Assembly (NCBI RefSeq): GCF_039654945.1
Contig: NW_027361785.1
Coordinates: 14,260,001-14,324,000 of the forward strand
DNA length: 64,000 nt
Direction: 5' to 3'
Source of the DNA: Dendrobates tinctorius
Taxonomy: Eukaryota
The notes under the pieces were generated by a model that saw only the letters and a list, made by a program, of their open reading frames with translations, made no database searches and was not told where the DNA came from. This document shows, piece after piece, positions 51,062 through 64,000 of the stretch (positions are counted from its first letter, which is position 1; each line of letters starts with the position of its first letter). A program made the translations under genes and the position numbers.

Positions 51062-52004
51062 GGCTGAGTTCACGCGTGGCGTTTTTTTCGCGTTCCCGCG
51101 GCAGTTTTAACCGCGCGATTTTGCCGCGAAAACGCGAAAAATAAGCATCCCATGCATTCCTATGGGATTCCGCAATGCTGTGCTAATGCTACGGTTTTTA
51201 CCGCGGCGGAATCGCTTCGCGGTAAAAAACGCAGCATGCTCATTAATTTTCGGAATCGCGGCGATCCCGCACCCATAGGAATGCATTGTTCCGCTTACTT
51301 CCCGCATGTGGCTGTGCACACCATGCGGAAAGTAAGCAGAACAATTGCGGATGGTACCCACGGTCCGGAGGAGAGGAGACTGTCCTCCGGGCTTTGGGTA
51401 CCATATCCCTGTAAAAAATAGAATTTAAAATAAAAAATATTGTTATTCTTACCTTCCGGCGTCCCGCGCAGCATTCCCGCCTCTCTCCACGCTCCCGTTC
51501 CCAGTAAGCCTTTGCGAAAATGCCCGCAATGGCATCCGTTCTCGCGGGATCGCGAAGTCTCGCGGTCATTTGCGCGACGTCATCGCGAATGACCGCGAGA
51601 AATCACGATCCCGCGAGAACGGACGTCATCGCGGGCATTTTCGCAAAGGATTACTGGGAACGGATGCGCAGGACGTCGGAAGGTAAGAATAACACCATTT
51701 TTTATTTTTTTTAACATTTTATCTTTTACTACTGATGCTGCATAGGCGGCCTCAGTAGTAAAAAGTTGGTCACACTTGTCAAACACTATGTTTGACGAGT
51801 GTGACCAACCTGTCAATCAGTTCTCCAAGCGATGCTACAGATCGCTTGGAAAGCGCTAGCATTTTGCAAGCTAAATACGCTTGCAAAATGCTAGTTTTTC
51901 CGCGGGAAAATCGCGGGAATTTAAAATGCGATTTTCCCGCGGAATGGAATTCCGGAATTCTGGCTGTAATTTCCGCGAGAGTTCCGGTACGTGTGCACTT
52001 AGCC
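51062..52004. mobile_element. CpG-rich Harbinger-type non-autonomous element
   Basis: TIR GGCT(G/A)AGT(T/G)CAC(G/A)CGT; 3-bp TSD TTC; internal palindrome at 51440-51695. Confidence 0.8.
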
Positions 52005-52124
52005 TTCCAATATTTATGCTTATCACTCCCCCATAATGACTATTCCACTTCACATCACTTGTCTTTGCTATTGGGTTATTTCTGTGCTGTCTTTTGTATA
52101 AATATGTTATCCTTCAGATGTTGT

Positions 52125-52175
52125 ATTAGTCTAGTCTGATGAAGAGACCTGTGTAGTCTCGAAAGCTTGCAATGT
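52125..52175 (+). ncRNA. Minimal hammerhead ribozyme motif of a Penelope-like element
   Basis: CTGATGA A GAGAC ctgtgta GTCTC GAAA GCTT: canonical core, perfect helix II, palindromic helix III; helix I weak. Confidence 0.65.
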
Positions 52176-52655
52176 GTTACCATCTTTTCAGTTAGTCATT
52201 AAAAGGTATCAACCATTGAGGACTCTCAATTCTAAATATTCTTCTATCTACTGGCTAACACGGTACAAAGACATATATCTTTCCTGTATTAAAATTCTTG
52301 CCAAATTTCCAATATTTTCATAAATAAACAAACGTTAAATTTTACCACTATCATGAAGTACAATATGTCACAAAAAACAATCTCAGAATTAGTGGGATCT
52401 GTTGAAATGTTCCAGAGTAATTAGCTCATAAAGGGACACTGGTCAGAATTTTAAGAACTGGCCTGGTCATGAAGGCAAAAACAGGGCTCTGTAGGTTACA
52501 CCTACTTTACAAAGGGATTGAGCTGTATAAATACTATATAGAAATATAACCCTACTGTTTTTAGTCAGAACCACAAGTTCTCACTATTACCAACTTCTTT
52601 ATGCACATATATATATGCAATATCTTGTACATATAGCCATTTGAAAGGTCCTTGG

Positions 52656-53361
52656 TGTCAGAGACACCGCACTACACTCGCTCACAGAGCCAGTGCGCGT
52701 GTCCTGACTACAGAAACAGTGCTAAAAGATACCTGTGGAGCAGGGCAGCAGAGGTGACAATGCGTGCTTAGAACTATTAGTGTCAGGGTCCAGTCAGCGC
52801 CGGAAAGTAAAGAGGCACAGGACCTGCGGACACTGAAGTTAGCAAGCTGGCACAGGACCTATGGTCAGGTGACTGCAAGGGGGCAGGGCTTAGCGTCCTG
52901 CTTTCAGATATGACAGGATACCATACAACAACTCAGAGTCAGGCAAAACGGTGGTCACAACAGTACGGGCAAACGAGGCACAGGAGGGACAAACAGATGG
53001 GTAGTCAGACAAAGCCAAAGGTCATACACAAGAGGGCGACGTGGTACCAAGGGGACAAGCAGAGAGAAGTCGGGTCACAAGCAGAGAGTCATACACGAGA
53101 GGTAGCGCAGTACAAGAGGGGCAGGCAGAACTCGTAACAGGGACAGAACCGGATCAAAACCAAACAAGCAAACAAGATATCAGGCACAAGGCACACGTAC
53201 GCACAAGGTCAACTAACTCAGCCGAGGGCAGGAGTATAACTGACACTGGACCTAGGTCCAGTGAGCATTAAATAGCCGCCCTCTGCCAGAGAGAGGCGGA
53301 ACAATTAACCCCCAGTCTGACCAGGACGGGCCAAAGCGAAACCCCGTCCTGGATCATGACA
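52656..53361. mobile_element. Solo LTR
   Basis: TGTCA...TGACA; flanks CTTGG/GTTGG. Confidence 0.7.
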
Positions 53362-53697
53362 GTTGGTTCATCTACTTAGCACAATCCTTGGAACAAATTT
53401 ACAGTTTACTATTAATTATCATGATAACTAATCAGCGGCTCTATCAGCATTTATTTTCTCAGTGCCATAAAACATATTTCTAATTGTTATGTATATTATA
53501 TGACATTGTACTTCCAAGTGACAGCTATTACACAATATATACAAGTTTTTTCTGAAACAACATGCAGTTTTTAGGTTGTTAAAGTTATGACTAGAGATAC
53601 ATAGAAGAAAGCAGTGATCTTATGTGTAGACAGCTTACTCCACTTCATGTTAGCAATCTTATTGTCTGCATTTCTCCAATATGAAATCGTTCATGAC

Positions 53698-53905
53698 TAG
53701 TAATGAGCGAGTATACTCATTGGTCGGGTTTTCCCGAGCATGCTCGGGTGTCCTCTGAATATTTTGGCGTGCTCGGAGATTTAGTTTTTGTCAATGGAGC
53801 TGCATGATTTGCATGTAAATCATGCAGCTGCGTTGACAAAAGCTAAATCTTCGAGCACGCCAAAATACTAGGAGGACACCCGAGCAATGAGTATGCTCAT
53901 CACTA
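53698..53905. mobile_element. Palindromic hAT-type MITE
   Basis: TAGT(A/G)ATGAGC TIR; 8-bp flanks TTCATGAC/TTAATGAT; foldback arms. Confidence 0.75.
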
Positions 53906-54060
53906 TTAATGATGGACATTAAATGGATTGCATCCATTTGGAAAAGTAATGTCAATTAGCTAGACTAAATTTATTATATTTCTAAAAAATCTGTGAATGG
54001 TATAGCCTCCTTTAGAGTGTCTGTGTCAGACAGGTGTTCTTAACTTTGGACAAACCTTAA

Positions 54061-54358
54061 AAGGGTTGTCCACTACTTTTTAACAGATGACTCATCCTTA
54101 GGATAGATCATCAGTGTCTAATCGGCCAGGGTACGACACCCAACACCCCCGCCAATTAGCTGTTCTGTTGATTTGAATTGGAGAAGGATATGTAGTACCC
54201 TGCCTCGGTCACTATCCGAAGTCATAGCAGCTCTTGTCCGCCGTAGTAGCCAACATCAGGAAAAGCTGATCAGCAGGGGTACCGGATGTCAGACCCCGAC
54301 CGATCAGACATTGATGGCCCATCCTAAGGATAAGGCATCAATGAAAAAGTAGTGTCCC
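54061..54358. mobile_element. Kolobok/T2-type foldback MITE
   Basis: TTAA|AAGGGTTGTCC end; long inverted arms. Confidence 0.7.
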
Positions 54359-54735
54359 ACTGCCTAGGACCGCCAGCCATCAGCTGTGGAGAGATCTTGC
54401 AGTGAATGCTCAATTTCCCTGCAGTGCCACTACAGGGGAAATGAAGCATTACAAGCTGCTGATTCAGATCATTGAGTTCTGTGTGTAATGTAGGACAAGG
54501 TACTCTAATCAAGACACTCTCCATTCTGAACAAGAGATGAAGAACAGAAAATCATCTATTAGCTCTCATTTCTAGATGTAAAAGGAGGAGATATGACAAC
54601 AGGTTTACTAAACCAGACTACCATTCCTAACTGGTAAAAGAGGATCTCAGATGGCTGCTATATATGTCTCATAGAACCATGTCATGTTACCCCTTCAAGG
54701 GCTATTTATCTGTCAAATTTGTTCATAGTGTTTCA

Positions 54736-55237
54736 AGGGAACCTGTCGCATGAAAAATGCTATTTGCCTGCAGATATGGGGTTAATCTGCAGGTTTAATA
54801 ACATTCAGAACCGGAACGGTGCCCGCACTGAGAGCCCCACTGCTGACAAGAGATGAATTTTATTCCCTGTGGCAGTGTTCAGGATCCAGTCATAGAGGTG
54901 GTGATGGTGTGGGCTCAGTCACCACTCGGTGTACAGACAGCGGCGGTTGTAACCGCACCTCCGGCCCTGACTGACAGCCGGCCCCAATGCAGGTCCAGTG
55001 TCAGTCACTGCCAGGGACGCAGTTACCACCCCTCTCTCTATACACAGATCAGTGCCGGAACCCGCGCCAATGCCACTCCCATGACTGAATGCAGAATGCT
55101 GCTGGGAGAAATAAAGTTAATTTCCTCTTGGCAGCGGGGCTCTAAGTGCGGTCGCCGGACAGTTTCAGAACGCTATTAACCTGTAGATTAACCCCATATC
55201 TGCAGGTTAATATCTTTTTTTTCATGTGACAGTTTCC
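54736..55237. mobile_element. Kolobok/T2-type foldback MITE
   Basis: AGGGAACCTGTC...GACAGTTTCC; inverted arms sharing gcagatatggggttaatctgcagg. Confidence 0.7.
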
Positions 55238-55856
55238 AACATCATTTTTTCTACACACGTCATTTTTTTTTTTACGTACTCCATCAATGAACAAATTTCC
55301 TATTGATTTCACTATTAAAAAACAATATGTCATAGCTTTTCTGTAGAAAACCATTTTGGAATTTTTAGAATAACTATAAAAATATGGATAAATAAATCTA
55401 GCATTTCTAGAAAACAAATCCAGATCAAAAGTATGGCACTTAAGTTGCATAAATGTAGGAATAAAAAAATATAATTTAATATTGCCTTTAATAATACATT
55501 GTCCAGTAATGGTGATGCCTACATTCACTAATGAGAAAAGTACCATATATTTATATATCTGTGTCCATGTACAAAAAATATATATCTATTATGTGATGCA
55601 GATTATTTGTCTATAATACATTGTAGAAAAGCAAAGTGGCAGAAGTGAAAAAGCAACATAATTTTTGTAATATCTTTATGGAATTGTAAGGACTGCTATT
55701 TCAGTGATACAGTGTAACCACTGAAAATGTACACAGGCATTGATTGTATATTCATTGATTATATATTAATTTTCCGTTATGATGGTTATATGCCCTTATT
55801 TTATTTCTAAGGTTTCATTCACACATCCGTATTTAAACATGTACATGAAAAAATTT

Positions 55857-56818
55857 GTCATCAGTGTTGTGCACCAGTGTGTCATCAGTGTGTCCGTTTT
55901 TACCATCAGTGTGTCCGTTTTTACCATCAGTGTGTCATCAGTGTGTCCGTTTTTACCATCAATGTGTCATCTTTGTGTCTGTTTTTACCAGTGTCACCAG
56001 TGTGTCCACTTTTACCATCAGTGTGTCATCATTGTGTCCGATTTTACCATCAGTGTGTCATCAGTGTGTCCGTTTTTTACCATCAGTGTGTCATCAGTGT
56101 GTCCGTTTTTACCATCAGTGTGTCCGTTTTTACCATCAGTGTCTCATCAGTGTGTCCGTTTTTACCATCAGTGTGTCATCAGTGTGTCCGTTTTTTACCA
56201 TCAGTGTGTCATCTGTGTGTCCATTTTTACCATCAGTGTGTCATCAGTATGTCCGTTTTTACCATCAGTGTGTCCATTTTTACCATCAGTGTGTCATCAC
56301 TGTGTCCATTTTTACCATCAGTGTGTCCATTTTTTACCATCAGTGTGTCATCAGTGTGTCCGTTTTTACCATCAGTGTGTCCATTTTTTACCATCAGTGT
56401 GTCATCTGTGTGTCCATTTTTACCATCAGTGTGTCATCAGTGTGTCCGTTTTTACCATCAGTGTGTCCGTTTTTACCATCAGTGTGTCATCAAAGTGTCC
56501 GTTTTTACCATCAGTGGGTCATTAGTGTGTCCGTTTTTTACCATCAGTGTCATCTGTGTGTCCATTTTTACCATCAGTGTGTCATCAGTGTGTCCGTTTT
56601 TACCATCAGTGTGTCCGTTTTTACCATCAGTGTGTCATCACTGTGTCCATTTTTACCATCAGTGTGTCATCACTGTGTCCATTTTTACCATCAGTGTGTC
56701 CGTTTTTTACCATCAGTGTGTCATCAGTGTGTCCGTTTTTACCATCAGTGTGTCATTAGTGTGTCCGTTTTTTGTCATCAGTGTGTCCGTTTTTACCAAC
56801 AGTGTGTCATCCGAGTGT
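55857..56818 (+). repeat. Compound minisatellite of 21-bp (tttttaccatcagtgtgtccg) and 11-bp (tcatcagtgtg) units
   Basis: Direct reading. Confidence 0.95.
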
Positions 56819-57157
56819 CTTTCTGCACCAAACCAAAGGATCCGGTTGTTGAAAGAGTGGGATGGCCAGCTTGTCAGAGGATAATTAAGGTGCATGTATT
56901 GCTTTATTAATCTAGGCTATGAAGTCGAGTGAAAGTGAAGACTTTCCTTACATTAAAGGAGTTGCCCTGTCCAAATCGATAAGTCTGCAGTCACTCTGTG
57001 TGACTGCAGATTTATGAATCCCCTCAGCACTTCAATGTGAGCTGCAAGGATTCGGCAATTTCTGAGCCGGGATCGGAGGGTATGTATTTGCCTTGATCAA
57101 CACAGGTGTATGGAGTGAGGCCATGCCCACTCTACTGGCTTTGGTCTGTAGTATGTA

Positions 57158-58746
57158 CAGTGGGCACTGAAAGAATTCTGATCTCTTTCATTTTTTCTTT
57201 CTTTGTTTCATTGTAGCCATTTGGTAAATTCAAAAAAGTTGATATTTTTCCCATTAATGTACACTCTGCACTCCATCTTGACTGAAAAAAAACAGAAATG
57301 TAGAAATGTTGCCAATTTATTAAAAAAGAAAAGCTGAAATATCACATGGTCATAACTATTCAGACCTTTGCTCAGTATTGAGTAGAAGCACCCTTTTAAG
57401 CTGGTACAGCCATGATTGGGAATGATGCAACAAGTTTTTCACACCTGGATTTGGGGATCCTCTGCCATTCTTCCTTGCAGATCCTCTCCATATCCGTTAG
57501 GTTGGATGGTGAACGTTGGTGGACAGTCATTGTCAGGTCTCTCCAGAGATGATCATTTGGGTTTAGGTCAGGGCTCTGGCTGGGCCAGTCAAGAATGGTC
57601 AAAGAGTTGTTCTGAAGCCACTCCTTTGCTATTTTAGCTGTGTGCTTAGGGTCATTGTCTTGATGGAAGGTGAACCTTCGGCCAAGTCTGAGGTCCAGAG
57701 CACTCTGGAAGAGGTTTTCATCAAGGATATCTCTTTACTTGGCCGCATTCATGTTTCCTTCAATTGCAACCAGTCATTCTGTCCCTGCAGCTGAAAAAAG
57801 CCCCATAGCATAATGCTGCCACCACCATGTTTCACTGTTGGGATTGTATTGGACAGGTGATGATCAGTGCCTGGTTTTCGCCACACATACCACTTAGAAG
57901 TATCACCAAAAGTTCTATCTTCGTCTCATCAGACCAGAATATCTTATCTCTCATAGTATGGGTGTCCTTCATGTGTTTTTCAGCAAACTCTATGCAGGCT
58001 TTCATATGTCTTGCACTAGGAGAGAGGCTTCCGTTGGGCCACTCTGTCATAAAGGCCCGACTGGTGGAGGGCTGCAGTGATAGATGACTTTGTGGAACTT
58101 TCTCCCATCTCCCTACTGCAGCTGTGGAGCTCAGCCACAGTGATCTTGGGGTTCTTCTTTACCGTTCTCACCAAGGCTCTCCTCCCACAGTTGCTCAGTT
58201 TGGCTGGATGGCCAGGTCTAGAAAGACTTTTGGTGGTCCCAAACTTCATCCATTTAAGGATTATGGAGAACACTGTGCTCTTAGAAACCTTGAGTACTGC
58301 AGAAATTCTTTTGTAACCTTGGCCAGACCTGTGCCTTGCCACAATTCTGACTCTGATCTCCTTGGTCAGCTCCTTTGACCTCATGATTCTCATTTGATGT
58401 GACATGCACTGTGAGCTGTGAGGTCTTATATAGACAGGTGTGTGCCTTTGCAAATCAAGTCCTATCAGTTTAATTAAACACAGCTGGATTCCAATGAAGG
58501 AGTAGAACCATCTCAAGGAGGATCACAAGGAAATGGACAGCAGGTGACTTAAATATGAGTGTCTGAGCAAAGGGTCTGAATATTTATGACAATGTGATAA
58601 TTTCAGTTTTTCTTTTTTAATTAATTTGCAAAAATTTCTACATTTCTGATTTTTTCAGTCAAGATGGGGTGCAAATTTACCAAATGGCTGCAATGAAACA
58701 AAGAGTGAAAAATTTAAAGGGGTCTGAATACTTTCCGTACCCACTG
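57158..58746 (-). mobile_element. Full-length decayed Tc1 inserted in a Kolobok-type MITE (~56955-58860)
   Basis: TA|CAGTGGG...CCCACTG|TA; MRSKEL..GQGYKRIS, FWSDETKIEL, WPSQSPDLNP. Confidence 0.9.
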
Positions 58747-59298
58747 TATAACACATACCTTGTGGTTCCGGCTCAGAAACCGTCGAATGCCACACTACCT
58801 AGTGCGTGCACTGGGGGGATTCATAAGTCTGCAGTCACACAGCGTGCCCAGCAATGGAAAAGAGGAGACAAAATGCACCTCTACCCCTAAAAAGATAAGC
58901 ACATAGATTCTGCTATAAAATTCTACGGTTAATACAGCATCGGGATAAGAAATTCAAAGCCACAGCTATAACGTGGGCGCGTGAATGTGTAATAATAGGC
59001 ATAGTGAATTGTGCAGAGTAGTATAAGAGGAATATGAGCCGAGTGGGGAGCTGTGGAGCCTTTCCTGCCGGATAGTCAGTGACGTCTACTGTTGGTATAG
59101 TAGTCAATAAAGGTGATACGCTTAGCGCACTGGATTGCTTAAGCTTCACAGCAGCATCTTTCTTCTTACAGGGCGTTTCCCCTGTACCTTAGTTTTGTAA
59201 TAAATACTCCCTTAATTCAATTTCTGTATTTTCCTTCACTTTGTTTAGTACCCCATAAATGTGAATACTGTAACCTAGAGACCATTTATAAGCATATA

Positions 59299-59488
59299 CA
59301 GTATAGCACAAAAGTGAGTACACCCCTCACATTTTTGTAAATATTTTATTACCGGTATGTCTTTTCATGGGACAACAATGAAGATCTGACATTTTGATAC
59401 AATGTAAAGTAGTCAGTGTCTTCAGTGTTGTCCCATTAAAAGACATAATCAAAAATGTGAATGGTGTACTCACTTTTGTGATATACTG
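59299..59488. mobile_element. Tc1-derived MITE
   Basis: TA-flanked TIR CAGTATA..ACAAAAGTGAGTACACC. Confidence 0.85.
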
Positions 59489-59691
59489 TAGTAGAAAAAC
59501 GTTACTTCATATGGCTGTATATTACCAGAGATATGCATTTTATCAAATTTAGTGTGCATATGATCAGAAAGCTGAAATGTTTGGTATTCAAAGTCTGACA
59601 TTTTGCCGCAAAATGTCTTCTATACTGAACATCTGGATAATGGGCTATTTCTATTACCACCTGCTAAATTATAGAGATCTTATGAGGTCAC

Positions 59692-59907
59692 CTATTTTGG
59701 AGTTGTGAACCTCGGCTGTTCTTAGATATTGAATTGTTATCATTGCCATATCTCATTGGGTTGTGGATGTGCGGTTTATAATTACAAATTATATAATGAC
59801 ATTTTATGTCAGGTGTCCATAAAATCCATAGTGAGGATGCAGAAGACACAGATTGTAGGTCCAAATAACAAGTCCATATTTCAATAGTGACATCCATTGT
59901 TGCATTT
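59692..59907 (-). CDS. Candidate symmetric (phase 2-2) 216-bp exon, unidentified
   Basis: Strong acceptor (T)10CAG, donor AG|GTGACC, one frame open throughout (NATMDVTIEIWTCYLDL...). Confidence 0.3.
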
Positions 59908-60087
59908 CTGAAAAAAAAAATACAAGACAAACTATTACTTTTTTACCTTCAGGTTTTTTTTTCACTATTGGTTTTGTTAAGGAAACCAACGATGGAACAT
60001 TTGTCAGTCAGAAGAGCATATTATATCTGTGATTAAATGTTGAACCAAAGCATTACTTTGCAGACCTGCAAGGAGTGGATATGTTAA

Positions 60088-60511
60088 AGGGAACTGTCAT
60101 CAGGTTTTGACACCTAATCTATGAGCAGCATCATGATTCCAGTGATATGTCACTTACTAGGCTGTTTGCTGGAGTTTTGATAAAATTACTGTTTTGTCAG
60201 CTGGAGATTATTACTAGAGAACTAGTAAACCTGCTGCCAGGTAGTCCTCTATATTCATGAGCTCATTATAATTCTGCCCCCACATCTAATTGGCAGATTT
60301 CTGGGTTCACTGCACATGGGCAGAAAGCTGCAAATCAGTGGTGTGGGCAGGGATATACAGATCTCCGCATTCAGAAAACTGCTAGATAACCCTGATTTTA
60401 TCAAAATGACATCAAACTGCTCAGTAAGTGACACATTGCTGGAATCAAGGTCTCTGATCCTACATTATAATGCACTCAAATTACATAGCAGAAACCCGTG
60501 ACAGATTCCCT
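60088..60511. mobile_element. Kolobok/T2-type MITE
   Basis: TTAA TSD; AGGGAACTGTCA/TGACAGATTCCCT TIRs. Confidence 0.8.
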
Positions 60512-60829
60512 TTAAATCCAAACATACATTTGAGCATAGCCTGAAATAAATTATTTTGTCTAGTTACATAATATTAGTTATTGATTTAAGTGGGTGTACA
60601 CCTGAGTTAAATACACAACTTGGTAAAAGTAAGTAAAAAATATTTAATTGAATGTCCACCTTCAGTGACAATTTGTTTTGTCTGTAGTCATACATAAGCT
60701 GAGAGGAACTAAAAAGAAGGCAGATAAAAAGAGATAGAAACGCTTCAGAATGAGCTCACTGACAGATTTTTTCCCATTTAAATGCATTTATTTTTGGCTG
60801 GGTTTGCAACTGGGTTTCTCAGCAGTTCC

Positions 60830-63800
60830 ACGTCCTATTCCTTCCAGTACTGGCGCCCTGGGTCTACCACTCGGCACTTCCACTAGTCCCACGAATTCAG
60901 TCCTGTTTAGGTCCATTACCTTCGGCATTTTGCAACTCAGAGTTTCTCGTGACACGTCGTCCTATCCTAAGGAACCATTTTCCTGTAGAAGGCCACTCTG
61001 TCTCTTCGTTACTTCAAGGTCATGCTACTCCCTTGTCCCTTAGTCTCCTTTTCTGCAGTTTACCCCCATCGACAGCACTGCTCACAGACATTTCCTACTG
61101 AAACTTGTCCCTATCTAATTAACTACGGAAAGCAGTCACTTGCCCTAGCACTAAGCCAATCACACTATGGGCTAGTTCCAAACATTGATTCTATCTATCC
61201 TTACCCTAACGTCACTTGAGACAGCACATACAACACACTAATGGCACATTCAACACACATAAATAAGGGTCTCCTCTTCCAAGGGGTATATATAGTATCC
61301 TTCTTGGTGGGTCAGCCTGACCCCAGTCCTACTTGGTTGGGACCCCGGAACCGAGAGTCCAAGTTCTTTAGGCCCATATGCCAACATAAAACCTGATAGT
61401 CCAGGTGGCACATCCCAATTCCTTCGACCTGGTAACAGTACTTCTGGGTCAGCACTGGCCCTGCTCTGCCAGGGTTCAAAAGCTCTCCATGAGGCTACAA
61501 CCCGGCTGGAATTTCAGGTCATTCTCCACCTCCCTCCGTGCAAACATTTGACCTTGTGGCAAGGACACAGTCCATGAGGGGCATAGTCCCTTAAGTGTTT
61601 CCTCCCCCTCTGCTGGAATTCAGTCCTTGGCTGAAGGTGTAGGACTCTCCAGCGGCTGCAGCGTCTCTGCAATCCAGCATGGGGTGTGCAATGAACACAA
61701 TCAAACTGGCAAAGGGGAGAGAACTTCACTTCCTTGGCCATTCATGATCATAAACACAAGGGAGTCCTGAATCCTGTGGATCACCTGACCCATTTGAGCT
61801 CTGTGCCAATGCACACACATGTAACCGGCACAACTAGGCCCGCTTCTCATTTGACTCCTCTTCTTTTCTCGCTCAGGTGTCTGTGCTCAGACCTAGATTT
61901 CCTTGGCTTCTGTTCTCCTCACATACACGGACGAGTGCGCTCCCTGGGCCACGTACACCAAGTTCAGATTGGTCGCTGTGTCTGACAGTCCAGAGGCCCT
62001 GCCATTGGAGGAGGCCCTACAAGAGCTTGGGTCTGTCTCTTCGCTGGGTTTCTGACCCTGACCCTCAGGGTGTGTGACAATCCTGGGGTCTGCCACCTCC
62101 TAGCAAGGCTAGTTAGTCTCTGACTCTTTTCCCTCGGTCCAGACCCAAGAGACTGTGATCACAAACCAGTCCCTTGGTCCATCTTCCTTTAAGAACTAGA
62201 CATGTTTTCCTTCCTGTAAACTGGGCCCCCGCCGAAGGGATCAAGCATTGACATAGACCTTGTGCCCAGTGTTTATCCCATGATAAAACTGTAGCCATGT
62301 GCATGGTTAAAATGTCTCACGATCCCCCGGGACATCTGCTATATCAAGTTTTCTCTGCCAGGCTGGCCCAGTATACACACTTGTTTGGCCTGAACCACCG
62401 ACTTGGCCTGGGTGGCGAGAGGTTAATTCCTGGTGTTGAGCTCTGCCCCCGAGCTCAGCAAAGAGGCTTTCAGAGGCTGTTCTTTTTGCATGGGTGGGGT
62501 ACTCACCCGCGTCCATGCCTGCAAGGCTTCCAGGCTTGTGACCCATCCACCGGCTGCAAACCAGGTTGTTGTTCATGGTCCCGACTCTGGCTTGGGCTCG
62601 GCCTGACTCTTTTTCAGCAGGCTGCCAGGCTTCACCTCCTCGCTAACCATGTTAATGAGCTGCCGTAGCTGTCCTCGGCCGCCCTTCTCCTCCATAAGTT
62701 GCGACTCTGACATCTCTGTTTCTTGCTGCTTCTTCACCAATGTACATCCCATGAATTGCGTTGTTCCTTCTGCAACCTGAGGCCTGTCATGACCCCTCAC
62801 CTTTCACTGGGTGAAGTCCGCACTGGCTCACCAGCCTATTTCTTGAATGTCCCTGTTCGTTTCATTGGGCCACATCTTGCTTGGTGGATTTTCTCCTTTC
62901 ACTTCACTCTGCAATGATGCTCACTCCCTGATGGGGGCGTGTGGTTTTGGTTGTGTTATTCCCCTTGAAAGGTGTGCCTGATGAAGGGTTAGACTCCGCC
63001 TTTCACATTTTTGTCTCTGGCTCATCCACAATGGGCGGATTTGTCTCGCCCTTTCGCTACACTCACCACCATCTTGTAGTCCTTGAACAGCACCATCTCA
63101 GACTGTCCAACAGTCGCCATCTTGCTTGTCACCTGAGTCTTCTTTGCACTGCACGGTCCTCGCAGATGCAAAACTCCTGCTAACTACGCACATAGCAGCT
63201 CAGTGAGGGCCCGTAGCTGCGGGTGAGGCGCTTGTCTTCTCTTGTTATGCATGACACGCTCGATGAAAGAGTGGATCCTGGCTCGGTGTTCATATTGGTG
63301 CTGTGAAGGTAGTGTTGGCCAGCCAGGACCATAGATTTCAGTGTTCAATAAAGGAGACTTAATGTTCTAAAACAGTCTTTACTGAAAGGTAACTTGGTAA
63401 GGCTTATGTACAAGGGGTAGAAAGTACAAAGTCTTATGAATGTTTCCTTCACAATGTAAAGCGATCTCACACACACAGTATCATTCCACTGAAGTATACT
63501 CTAGGGAGTATGAAACACTGTTTTGCCCTACTTCATCACAGCCTAGCTTGTCGCCACCTTTGGCATTTTGTAAGCTCAGGGTTTCTTGTGACTTGTCGTG
63601 CTATCCAAGTAGAAGTCAACTCTGTATCTTCGGTCACTCTCTTGTCCCTTAATCTCCCTTTCTGTAGTTTACCCACAACAGACATTTCCTACTTGAACTT
63701 GTCCCTATCTAACTATAGGAAACAGTCACTTTCCCTAGAGCTAAGCACCTCCCACTATGGGCTAGTCCTGAACATTAACTCTATCCTTACCCTAACGTCA

Positions 63801-64000
63801 CTTAACTAACTACAGTCACTATCCTATCTTATATCTTAAGTCCTAACCTATGTCTTACCCTATGCTATCCTATACTGTATACTACCAAGATTGCTTATAT
63901 ACTATACATAACCATATCCCAATATATACAATGACGGAGGACATTATTCACATTGACTGGGGTCTTCAGGGGTAGGAACACAATAGCTATTGCCCACCAA
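60830..64000 (-). mobile_element. Old decayed LTR element with two diverged LTR-like blocks
   Basis: 60920-61220 is homologous to 63560-63805; purine tract at ~61268-61285 and PBS-like GAGCCAGGATCC at ~63273-63284 on the minus strand; internal coding not recognisable. Confidence 0.6.

Larger units (their letters stand above)
50942..52290 (+). mobile_element. Penelope-like pLTR fragment, interrupted by a Harbinger element
   Basis: 10-bp TSD AAAATTCTTG (50932-50941, 52291-52300); hammerhead core; ctaacacgg terminal motif; similarity to 43580-43670. Confidence 0.75.
48433..52500 (+). mobile_element. Older piggyBac-type non-autonomous element (copy 3), interrupted
   Basis: Collinear similarity to 25240-27742 and 35296-35447; decayed ends. 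Confidence 0.65.

Noticed and set aside
55779-56910. 248-351 aa Cys/His-rich ORFs resembling zinc-finger proteins
   Set aside because: Stop-free tandem repeat open in all three frames.

Overview
This is eukaryotic, almost entirely repeat-derived DNA. The transposon repertoire suggests an anuran (frog/toad) genome; that is inference, not a database result. No prokaryotic systems, rRNA, tRNA or CRISPR arrays are present. Main content: (1) A 3'-truncated L1-clade LINE (minus strand, ~24.9-42.0 kb) broken by a five-level nest: L1 > TTAA piggyBac-type non-autonomous element > Harbinger-type element > chromovirus (sushi/Amn-san-like) Gypsy > short hammerhead-bearing retroelement. A Passport-like Tc1 and a solo LTR also interrupt the L1. 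(2) A non-autonomous Gypsy (5642-9461) whose Gag is fused in frame to the integrase HHCC zinc finger. (3) Many Tc1/mariner copies: DD34E, an intact DD36E/Incomer, a probable DD38E remnant and a DD41D/Visitor remnant. (4) A DIRS relic, several solo LTRs, MITEs, CR1/L2 tails, Penelope-like remnants with hammerhead-like motifs, and three minisatellites. Only weak candidate host exons are visible (minus strand, near both ends). I see no clearly new biological system. The best leads are the Gag-IN zinc-finger fusion, the ribozyme-bearing short inserts, the intact DD36E transposon, the self-priming and frameshift signals of the chromoviruses, and a possible LTR exonisation. Coordinates and counts were read by eye.
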